A stretch of 63,980 nt of DNA, filler included, from Kipferlia bialata (taxonomy: Eukaryota): assembly GCA_003568945.1 (NCBI GenBank). It is 4 parts of 4 records of this genome, joined end to end, with 100 filler letters (N's around TTAATTAATTAA, not from the genome) between each part and the next. Parts side by side here need not be neighbours in the genome. Positions count along the whole stretch, not along the records: positions 45,318 to 62,276 come from BDIP01000349.1; positions 62,377 to 63,980 come from BDIP01000430.1; 2 more parts are not named here. One strand, given 5' to 3'. The translations under genes were made by a program, and so were the position numbers. Below are positions 53,213-63,980 of this stretch, piece by piece (positions within the stretch are counted from its first letter, which is position 1; every line of letters begins with the position of its first letter). The notes beneath the pieces are model-generated. The model was not told the DNA's origin and did no database searches. It saw only the letters and a program-made list of their open reading frames with translations.

Positions 53213-56200
53213 TCAGAGTATCACTCCCTGCCTCCCCCTCTCTCTGTCTGCCAGTGCATAGAGAGCAGAGGCCTGGCCCAGGGTGTGGACAGTGTCGGAT
53301 AGCCTCTGTGCAGAGGAGACGTGCATCACGCTGAACACATCGGCGTCACCCTCCGCTGCGTCGGAGAGGTAGAGAGAGAGGTCGTCGTGGCAGGTGGGGG
53401 TGCTGCCTCTAGCCACAGTCTGCAGCATCGAGTAAACGTCTGGGGGGGTTAGTTGCTACACAATATACATTATAACATATATTACACTATAATCATATTG
53501 ATAGTGCCCCACCTGCATTAAGTGCCTGTGCCTGTGGCGGGCATGTCTCTGGGTCAGAGTCTGGCAGCACGACACACATGCACCGGCCTATCCTGGTGTC
53601 GGGGAGGGGGCGCAGGACATCGACAACCTGGGGGTCAGTAAGGGAGTGGCAAGGTAGGTAGCGTACACTGTATATATATAGACAGCGTATAGTATACGCA
53701 CCAGCACCACAGCGGTGGTGGCCAGGTCGGTGGGTCCCAGTCTGGTGAGGAGGTGGCTGAACAGCCTGGGGTGAGGGGCATGCTATAGAATGTGTGTATG
53801 GTATGTCTCCATAAATATATAGATGACGCACCTGTCGTGGTCTGTCTTTGACTTGACTGCCACCTTGGTCACATTGGACACGTATCTGGGGTCAGGAAGA
53901 GTGGGGTATATAGCATTGTCTATGTGCAGATCTATATAAGAATACCCACCTGCGTCCACTCCCATCTCTGCACAGCCTCCTCTCCATGGGGTGGCCACCC
54001 TGGGGTTAATGGAGAGAGAGGGTACATCTTGTGTATCTAAGTACACCGCGTGTACTATATATATCAAAAATATAAAATATCTGCAGGTGTCCGGCAGCAT
54101 TGCGTCTCTGTGTACAATAGTTTTAGGAACAATAATGTACTAGTGTAAATACAATATAGTGTTTATGCATAGAAGATGGATCCTTTACCTGCTGGTCTGG
54201 CAGCATGGCGTCTCTGAAGACAGGGGCAGGCACAGGGGCAGAGTCCCCTGGGGGGGCACCAGACACCCTGGGGTCAGAGAGGCTTGGTGTACATGTGTAG
54301 TATTCATATTCCATCCCCCCTAGAATATAGAGCTTGAAGTCAATCATCATTACCTGTATGTCATTGCAGACACGTGTATCTCTGGGACTGTGTCTGTGGG
54401 CCCCTGGTTGAGTGCCCTCTGCACCAGGGCAGACCCAACGGCATAGAAGACACCCTGGCAGGTGAGACAGAGTACTTCACACAGCACCTAACAATAACTC
54501 AACTATAGGTACACATATCATAGGAAGATGCCTATAGAATACTATAATAGCCTATGTACCTGGTACCCTGCACTGTTGCCGAGGACTGTGGCTGCCTTGC
54601 CACATGACCTAGGCCCATGGGACACTACTAGCATACTGCCACCCTGTGATTAGTACATTGGGTACAAAAGAGGGGGGGGGGGGTATAGAGCAAGAAGGCT
54701 TGGGATACATGAGCACACACCCTGTACACCGTGTCTATCCCACTGGTGAAGAGGGGCAGTGGGCTGGGAAGGCTGAGGATATCAGGTGCGGCATAGGCTG
54801 AGTGACATGCATATCTCTGCACAGAGTCTGACGTCTGCACAAGCACTCCATCCTAAGGTTAGAGACAATATACAATAATTACTGTAGCTATCGAAGGATT
54901 CTTTTCGAAGGGGTCAGAGAGCGAGTGTGGGATGATGGCAGAGAACTATACCCTATCAATACAAGTGTGATGTATGTGCAGCTAGTACCTCCCCGCTCAG
55001 CCTGATCTGTGTCTTCTGTGTCTCATCCCCTGTATCCCTCAGCGACACATAGACATGGGACCTGGCACCATCCCTAGTCTCCCTAGTGTCTCTAGAATGG
55101 GTCTGTGGTGACAGTGCACTGTACACACTGGGCGATGCACCTGTAGCAGGCATGGGAGACCTGCCCTGCCCAGCTGGGGGTGGTCTACGCATAGGAGGGG
55201 AAGGGGGTAGGACGCGGTGGGGCTCGTGCATGAGAGGGGACTCCTTGTATGTGTCCCTACTATCTCTCTCCCTCGGTGGCTGTGCGTGGGGTGATGGGTT
55301 GTACACACTGCCCAGCCTGACTGGACCTGTGGGTCTCTCGGCTGTCTGGGCCTGGGAGGGTCAGAAGAGTGTACACCAACAACACCGTACACATACTAAA
55401 TGATAATGGTATGCCTACCTCAATGAGCCCCGCTGCCACCCCGTCCAGCACCACTGCCTTGACATACATATATATATATATTCATATAGTACCACTTGCT
55501 AATAACTACTGATACCTATACTCACCTCAATCAAGCCCGCTGCCACCCCGTCCAGCACCACTGCCTTGACCTCCGACATCATGGTCCACACCCTCTCTGT
55601 CTCAGAGACCAGGCTGGAACGCAGGGCATCGGCCTCCTGTCTCAGGCCCTAAGGGTCAGAGGGAGACAGCTATATACATATGTGTATACGAGAGACAGAG
55701 AGTGATAGAGAGAAGAGCCCACCTGCAGGTCGTGCATCACCCTGCCGTACTTGGCTGCACCCACACCACCCTGGGCAGCCAGGGCCTGGGAGTGAGAGAC
55801 GCACAGAGAGAGAGCGCATCAAACTCTATTTTTGTATGTATGAATATATCAGTATACCTTGAGGTGTGAGAGTATGGCCCCGTGCCTCTCTGGGCTGTAC
55901 TCCACATCTAGTACATCACACACCCCATGGGCAAAGGAGGTCAGGGACTCACACTCTGCACCCCTCTCAGCGTGTGAGGCACGGTCACGCTCAGTCTCCA
56001 TCCTGGGGGGTTAGTTAAAATAATTAATATGATAATTAATAGATGGGTAGACAGGGTACATATACACACATGACTGTACCTGAGTGATGCCAGCTCTCTC
56101 TCCAGACCCTCTCTCTCCCTCAGGGCTAGTTCTCTGGAGTGAGAGGAGCATACAAGCACCATACAGTATCTACATCTTCCCGAGGTCGCATTCTGACACG

Positions 56201-57390
56201 TCCAGGTTTCAAATTGAAATCATGTGAGAGGTTGCCATGACAGAGAGTGGCCATTGCATCCCCCACCTGTCCTTGAGTGACTCCTCTGTTACTAACTGAT
56301 ACATATCCAATATCATATGTATATATATATATATGCTATATATATATATGGTATACCCCAACCTGTCCTTGAGTGACTCCTCGGCAGATGTCCTCAGGGC
56401 ACGCTCTCTCTGGACCTAGGGTAAGACAGATGAATATATATATCAGAATGATGGAGAGTGATACATATACTCACCTCGGCCTCCAGACCCTCTATCCTTG
56501 TTAGTAGAGGCACATCATCCTGTGTCTGTGCCTCCTGTGCTGTCTGGAGAGACAGGAGCATGGCCTATAATTAGACAGTGCATATACAATAATAATCACT
56601 GTATATATACATCATCTACAGTGAATATTATACCTCAGCCGATGCCAGCTGTGTCTGGAGGGATGCCTCTCTGGCAGCACTCTCTCCAAGCTGGGGGTGA
56701 GGCATATACGGTTGTAGTGTATAGTATACATGGGGGATATATATATGTATATAGTACCCACCTGTGCCTCCAGCATGGCTGTCCTATCCACCCTCTCTCT
56801 CTCCACCTCTCTCTCCCTCTCTCCCTGGGCGACTGGTGTCCGTGGCTCCACCTCCTGGGCCACCCCACTCTCTCTCTCTCCCCCTCCCTCCACCACTATC
56901 CCCCCCACTCCCTCCTCTGCGATGGGGGACAAGGGCTGCGTGGTGGACAGAGAGAAGGCATCTCCCTCCCCCTCCACCCCCTCTGCCTCTCCCTCTCCCT
57001 CTATCTCTGGGGTCTCCTTACTGATAGGACTGGCACTGGTGGCAGCCTCACGCTTCTCCTTCTCCTCTCTCTTCCGCTGGGCCTGGAGGGGTCAGAGACA
57101 CCTCTCACTCACAGAGGACAGAGAGTAGTACTTATGGTAAACAATATAGTATACATAGGCCTAGTATAACACACCTCCTTCTCTAGGTCTGCTGACCCAA
57201 ACCCTTCCATGGCGATGGAGGACCTGGGGGGAGAAGGAGAAAGAAGAGAATGAGAATAGAATGGGAGTTGAGTGTCGGGATATACACACGTATGACACCA
57301 TGCCACACCTGTGTCTGGATGCGTTGGCAGGACTCTGCCTCCTGACATCTGTTGGGCCCAGGGTGCTGGACAGCACAGAGGAGGTGCGCC
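53213..57390 (-). CDS. Coiled-coil protein with C-terminal degenerate kinesin motor-homology domain (pseudokinesin; 5' lost at gap)
   Basis: In-frame splice gives SHVYVSLRD...IHVSAMTY...RDGSGRRYVSNVTKVAVKS...GRCMCVVLPDSD...AQALNADVYSML...DLSLYLSDAAEGDADVFSVMHVSS..RLSDTVHTL, colinear with kinesin motor elements. Confidence 0.72.
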
Positions 57391-57509
57391 TGAGGGTAAG
57401 AATGATATTGTATGTATTCTAGTATGTATAGTAAGTAGAATGACAGGGCAGAGGGGAAAGGGCAGAGGGGGGGGGGGGGGGGGAAAAATAAGTCAATAGG
57501 GGGGGGACC

Positions 57510-58140
57510 NNNNNNNNNNNNNNNNNNNNNNNNNNNNNNNNNNNNNNNNNNNNNNNNNNNNNNNNNNNNNNNNNNNNNNNNNNNNNNNNNNNNNNNNNNN
57601 NNNNNNNNNNNNNNNNNNNNNNNNNNNNNNNNNNNNNNNNNNNNNNNNNNNNNNNNNNNNNNNNNNNNNNNNNNNNNNNNNNNNNNNNNNNNNNNNNNNN
57701 NNNNNNNNNNNNNNNNNNNNNNNNNNNNNNNNNNNNNNNNNNNNNNNNNNNNNNNNNNNNNNNNNNNNNNNNNNNNNNNNNNNNNNNNNNNNNNNNNNNN
57801 NNNNNNNNNNNNNNNNNNNNNNNNNNNNNNNNNNNNNNNNNNNNNNNNNNNNNNNNNNNNNNNNNNNNNNNNNNNNNNNNNNNNNNNNNNNNNNNNNNNN
57901 NNNNNNNNNNNNNNNNNNNNNNNNNNNNNNNNNNNNNNNNNNNNNNNNNNNNNNNNNNNNNNNNNNNNNNNNNNNNNNNNNNNNNNNNNNNNNNNNNNNN
58001 NNNNNNNNNNNNNNNNNNNNNNNNNNNNNNNNNNNNNNNNNNNNNNNNNNNNNNNNNNNNNNNNNNNNNNNNNNNNNNNNNNNNNNNNNNNNNNNNNNNN
58101 NNNNNNNNNNNNNNNNNNNNNNNNNNNNNNNNNNNNNNNN
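57510..58140. other. Assembly gap
   Basis: Run of N. Confidence 0.99.
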
Positions 58141-58271
58141 TGTATCAATATTTTTTTGTGTTTCCCCCCCCCCCCCCCCCAGCACTTGCATTTCTCTTCC
58201 CTATTGCAGCCCTTGGTGCTCACTTACGCACTTACACACTCAAACACTCACTCATTCACACACTCACTTCA

Positions 58272-61200
58272 GGCACCACCCTGACACTTCTGCAGCCGGC
58301 TTCCCCCTTACTGCATCTAGCTCCAGCGTGGACTTCCATTCCACTGGTAAGAGGTCGAGAAGGGGCCATGACCAGAGTTCAGAGGTAGGGACCTAATCAT
58401 CATTCTCTTGGATGGATGTGTGTTGGGGATAGTGCTGGCGAGAGGAGACACATTTCTTTCAGTCACTGACATCAGGCAACAAAGAGAGAGAGAGAGAGGG
58501 ACTCTAAAGATGACCAGATTGTCCATCACCAGGTATCCTTCAGTACTGCACTCTCCCTCACCCCTCAATTCCCCCATTCTCATTCCAGGGTCTCATCCGT
58601 CTCGATGTTCTGGTTGGTATTGTATGGGACGTCCTTCAGCGGGAGAGAGAGAGAGAGAGAGAACAAGACTGGGAGCGGGACCGCCTCGCTCTGCTGAGTG
58701 GCGCCATTCCCACCACCCTCGCCCCCCCTCGCCCCTACACTGTCACGGAGCCGGGTGAGAGGGACGAGGTGGCCCGGGCTCTGGAGGAGACCTCAGACGC
58801 ATACGAGTCTGAGTCCGAGAGTGAGGGTGAGAGTGAGAGGGAGACAGAAGGGTCGGTGGGGTCTGGGGAGGTAGCAGACCTCTCTTCCCTGGAGATCTCC
58901 ACCCCCTATCCGCCCGAGTTCCCTCGCAGTCTTGACAGCCAGAGAGGCAGAGGCAGGGACCGCCGGACCCCGAGAGGTGGGAGGGGGAGAGGGGGCATCA
59001 GGAGGAAGGGAGCATCGCAACCCAGGCCCTCTAGACGGTGTGCGTCACTGACTGAGCCAGCGACCAGGGGAGAGAAGCGGCAGGACACAGGGAGGAGGGG
59101 GAGGAGGGGGAGACGCTTCCCGAAACCCGAGTCTGTTCCAGGATCCCCAGAGGACCCGTCCTACCTCGTGTCATCCCTCATTGGAAGGTATGCCCCCCAC
59201 CCCCCAACACCAGTCGATGGTATATATGTATTTGTCAATTCTCTTCTTGAGATTCTGACCTCTCAGGGTGATTCCGGACTCCGAGTCCTCCAGGTCCGAG
59301 GCCCTGCCCCAGGCTGCCAAGGGCTTCCCCAAGATCAGGTGCTGCCGGAGTGGGTGCCTGCAGAACACGACGCGGTTCCCCCTCAAGGTGCAGACCCAGG
59401 TGGTGGCGGAGGTGGCCAAGCTCAACAACATGTCAAGGTGCCATCCCTGATTGTATGCCAAGTGTCTATGGGATGTTCTCTATTATTATTGGTTGTGGAT
59501 GACTAGTCATCTGCATTGTCTCTGATTTCAGGGAAAAGCGTGATCTCCAGCGAACCTACCTCATTATCCGGTATTTCTTTGACAACGTCACACGTGAGGC
59601 CTGCTGCTACAAGGTAACTTCCCCTCCCCCCCCTATACTACCCGCGTTCCTTTAGTGTCATCTATTGTATGAATGTTGCGAGTATGTTGCATGTTCAGTG
59701 ACATGTGTATCATACAGGAGACTCACCTTCAGGCCATAAAGACTGTGATGCAGCACTGTGCCAACAACACGATTGCATCCGCACTGAAACAGGTAATTTA
59801 ACAAGTATAAATATAGTGACGCCCCCCCCCCCCCCCATTCCTTTGAGCTTACACCTAGGCCAAGGAAGACTATATGTGCCAGGATATAGATTTGGAGTGT
59901 GAACTCAGGGCTCCAGAGACAGACGCCTCCTCTACCCTTGCGTCTACCAGCCCCTCTGATGAGGCTGTGTTGACAGTAGAACCCTCTGCCCCAGAGGTGC
60001 AGAGTGACTCTCCTCCCTCGGCCTCTCTGGCATCCAGTGTGATGTCCTCCCCAAGGGCTACTGCCGGGTCTGTGTGCCATCCTCACCCTCTTCCCGGTAC
60101 CCCCCCGACGCCTCTTGCCGCTGGCACTGCCCCCCCCTCCCCAGCCACAGACGGTCCTGCCCCCAAGCCCACCCCCGCCTCCCACCCTCTCGCCACTGTG
60201 TTCAGCGTGGTAGCTGGTAGTCAGAGCAGCCAAGAGTCTTTGACCGCATCCCAGTCTGGCATGTCTCAGTCTGGCATTCTGTCTCAGCCTGGCATTATGT
60301 CCCAGGGCTCTGGTATCGGGCAGGGTGTCCCGGAGCAGGTACTGGATGGGCCCTCTACCCAGTCAGGTTCCTCTATCCTTGTGGACCCAACTGTGGCGGC
60401 AGATGCCACTGCCCCTGTGGGTGATATCCCTATGGAGGGTGTCTCCCCTGCTGCGGGTGCCTCTGTCCCGTCCCTTGACGTGCCCCCTGTCACTCCAGCC
60501 AGAGCCACTCCCGTATCTGCCACAGTGCAGTGTGGGTCGGCCCACTCTACTAGGAAGCTGTCCCCCCCTCTGGAGGCTGCCCTAGGAGTAGTCACAGGCA
60601 CAGGGGCCGATGTCGTGGGATCGACCCCAGGCAGTGTGACCGTGGCATCCGGAGAGGTGGGAGGAGACGTCCCGATGACTGAGGCGGCAGTGGGAGAGGC
60701 TGTTGGACCAGACGGGGTGGAGCCCACCCCAAGGGTGTCTGCATATCCTCATGGCAGACACTCCCCTGGGAGGCTCTCGGCCCACTCGATCGGGTCCCCA
60801 GAAGAGATTGACACCATCGTGAGCACTGTCTACAGATCGGTAAAGATTCTGACGGAGACTGATCATGGGAACAGCCCTGTGCGCCGCACCTCCCCACCCC
60901 CATCCTCCCCTCCGCACTCTGCCTCCCATGATGATCCTCTGAGGCATGCCGGTCTCATCCCCTCTCACCTGCCTGATCCCGGTGATCCTGGTGACCGTCA
61001 GGGTAAGCGGCAGCCAAGGGTCAGACCTGTGTCACCAGATCATACCCTCCCCGCCATCCCCCCCGTGACAGAGTCTGAGGAGCAAGAGTCTGAGACTGAG
61101 GTGGAGTCTGAGCCTCGCTCCCCCGTACTATCTGGTATCAAGCCTGTCTCCACTGCCTCTGCTGCCCCTCTCTCTCCCAATAGCGAGACAGAGCTCGAGG

Positions 61201-62209
61201 CCGAGACAGAGGCAGGCGACACCCAGATGTTTCAGGCCTCCAGCCTGGCCCCTGTGGACAGGTCTCTGGGACGTACTCTCCATCAGGACCCTCTCTTCCC
61301 CCACTATCCAAAGGAGGGGGAGACCATGCCAGCATCGGCTGCCCCAGGTGGAACCCCCCTCCCCCCCTCCCAGGGCGCTGAGGAGGGAGGTGCGACTCCC
61401 TCTTCTGTCACAGAGAGTGTCACTGCCACTGACCCTGAGGCGTCTCCCCAGGCATTACCCTTTGTATCATCTACACCCACCAGGGGCATTCCCCATATGC
61501 CTGCCACCCTGCTGGGCGAGGGAGTGCCCCCCAGGGTAGGCCACTCTGTGTCCATACCTGGCTCCACCGCCGAGTGTGGATCTGTGCCCGAGGCTGCCCC
61601 AGTTCCAGCAGCAGTAGCCCCCGAGGAGTTTGTACCGCTGGGATCCCTCACTGCCGCTGACACCCCCATGATAGAGGACAAGGCAGAGCCACACCCTCCC
61701 TCCCCCCCAGCACCCCTCAGCATCTCAATCCCAGCCGAAGGGGACATTGATAGTGAGGCCGTAGCAGCGGAGACGGAGACGGTAGATCCCGCTGCTGCAA
61801 GCAGAGAGGTTGCTTTTGGGAGTGTTTTCCTCAAGCACCTGGTTCCCCTTCCCCCCCACCGAGACTATAGCTACAGGATCAGGGCCCCCAAGAAGAAGTC
61901 CCCACACATCCCAGGCACCATAGACCAGTGGCTCCTTGATGCCGCAAAGGGCCACCCCATCGCCGAGGAGGACATCAGAAAGTCCAATGCCCGTGCAGAG
62001 GTATATGAAGGAGTTCTTCTCTTATGGCGGTATATATACATCTAATGTCTTGTTGTGCCACTTCCCCACCCTGTCTCCCGACCGACGTTTACCCCAGGCT
62101 GCCATTGAGACGAAGAGGGAGCATGACCGCATAGAGAAAGAGTTTGGTGTGTGTCCGCCTGTGCCTGTGCGGTCTAACTCCATGGATAATGAGAACATCC
62201 TGATATCAA
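58272..62209 (+). CDS. Large low-complexity (P/S/A/T/E) protein containing one CCxxxCL module (both ends partial)
   Basis: Exons at 59267, 59531, 59733 and 59859 splice in frame: KIRCCRSGCLQNTTRF...QRTYLIIRYFFDNVTREACCYKAIKTVM, followed by a ~2.1 kb exon. Confidence 0.68.
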
Positions 62210-62320
62210 GGTACTCATATTGTATATACCCTCGCCCCCCCCCCCCCCCCCCCCCCCCCCTCCTTTTTCTTTTTTTNNNNNNNNNNNNNNNNNNNNNNNN
62301 NNNNNNNNNNNNNNNNNNNN

Positions 62321-62332
62321 TTAATTAATTAA
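62321..62332. other. Artificial scaffold linker TTAATTAATTAA within N-run
   Basis: Same 12-mer flanked by Ns. Confidence 0.95.
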
Positions 62333-62383
62333 NNNNNNNNNNNNNNNNNNNNNNNNNNNNNNNNNNNNNNNNNNNNCCCCCCC

Positions 62384-62422
<39 letters not shown>

Positions 62423-62915
62423 GGTAGTACTTGATACCCTGACACACGCGAACACAGTCAATATATCGACAGTGTGACTGGGCGTGTATCATGTGGCAAT
62501 ACACCAGGACAACACAGTGACTCATTGGAAACACCTATCCTTGTGAAACATCCAAGCCAAGAGTTTCCACATATCCTCATACAACCCCACTACGCACTCT
62601 AAGAGACAACACAACAGGCTCACAGTGCCTATACTACACAAACACACATGAATATACCGTTAAAGCGTTGAGTAGATAGACAGGAACGATTCGGAGTCAT
62701 TTCGTTTTGAAAACCAGAATGCCAAAATTTTCGAAATTCTGAATGCCATTTGGCGGTCGCCAAAGGTCGCATCTCAATTTGCACTGCGCACTCTCTATAG
62801 GCAGACTAAGTAGGGACGTTGATACACAGTGCATAGCGTGAATCAGGTCGCAGTCTAGTGCAGAAGAGAAGGGATTTCAGGCTCCAATCCCCCCCCTGCG
62901 AGCGGGGCTCGAACG

Positions 62916-63908
62916 ATGGATAAGGAGAGAGAGAGAGAGGCGGGAGGGAAGGGATCTGGTGTGCCTATAGTACCTACAGCCCGCCCATCCTCGTTTGTGT
63001 CGAGTACTGGGAAGAGAGAGAGGGAGAGAGAGAGAGTGCGGATGCCTGTCGTGCAGCCTGTGCCGGCCCACAAGGTATACATGTATATTCTTCTATGTAC
63101 CCTCTACACACTTATATACGTTATCTTTATGCTTTATCCGATGCCAGCACGGTAAGTGATGTGTGTTAGTCATGTTTCTACTATAATACGAGGGGGAGAC
63201 TGTTGGTAGAGATGCCTGTATAATGAGAGAGTGCCAGTATTGACACAATGGGTGTTACTTCACACTCTCTCTCTCTCTCTAGTCTCCTTTGTGGATTTGT
63301 GCATGTAAGTGTAGTGCTGGGCCTGTAGTATGTATGTATGCTAGGTCTATTTGACCTCTCAATACGTGCTTCGGTGTCTACGTATCGACCTGTGTCAGTA
63401 TTGTATCAATGTGTCTACGATCTGATTGTCACCTGATTTTATATCTCTCTCTCTCTCTCTGTCTCTCCCCCGCCTTCTCTCTCTTACATTCAGAGCAGTA
63501 GAGCACCCCTCGCACCTGTCAATCCCAAGCAGCAGTCCAAGGTGAGATTTGGATATTTGTCACATTCTGGCACATAAAGATTCACTCACCCTCGCGTATC
63601 GTTGTATACCTCTCACCCTCTCTCTATTCATGTGCGCCTCTTTGTACTCTCCCTCTATACTTGGCAACCCTCTCCCCCACTGAGTATTCTCTCTATCTCT
63701 GGTTCAAATACAATAATTATTGTTCTCTCACACTCTGTCATATACCCTCTCACCCTCAGGCCCAGCCACAAGCATCTAATAATCTCTTTCTCTCTCTCTC
63801 TCTCTCTATATATATAGCAATATATATATATATCTTGAACTGTACCAATATCTTCTCACCCTCAGGCGCAGCAGCAGGCCTCCAGGAACGCTTCGGTATT
63901 CTTCCAAG
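62916..63908 (+). CDS. 5' exons of a hypothetical protein
   Basis: ATG 62916 to donor at ~63075, with further short exons at ~63494 and ~63866. Confidence 0.4.
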
Positions 63909-63930
63909 GTGAGACAATTTGTTCTCTTCC

Positions 63931-63980
<50 letters not shown>

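Overview
Intron-rich, gene-dense eukaryotic DNA from a draft assembly. It has N-gaps, three TTAATTAATTAA linkers, and poly-G/C tracts that appear to join unrelated loci. Introns are short GT-AG with a branch motif almost fused to the acceptor (CT[A/G/C]AC-n3-6-YAG) and (TA)n/(GA)n filler. This style and the ERERE-rich proteins suggest a fornicate protist such as Kipferlia (inference). The ORF track is mostly misleading, so gene models were spliced by hand. Recognisable genes: a bacterial-type ArsP/DUF318 permease fused to a ~350 aa Cys-rich N-terminus (22 exons), a bacterial-type oleate hydratase (~16 exons), a deoxynucleoside kinase C-terminus, an RRM protein with a HEPN-like motif, a RING protein, a NIPA Mg2+ transporter, a thiolase, topoisomerase III beta, and a C-terminal kinesin-like domain lacking all nucleotide-binding motifs. 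Two separate genes share a CCxxxCL...C(C) module. The most striking pattern is that many introns carry serial, decaying tandem copies ('echoes') of the adjacent exon end plus its splice site.
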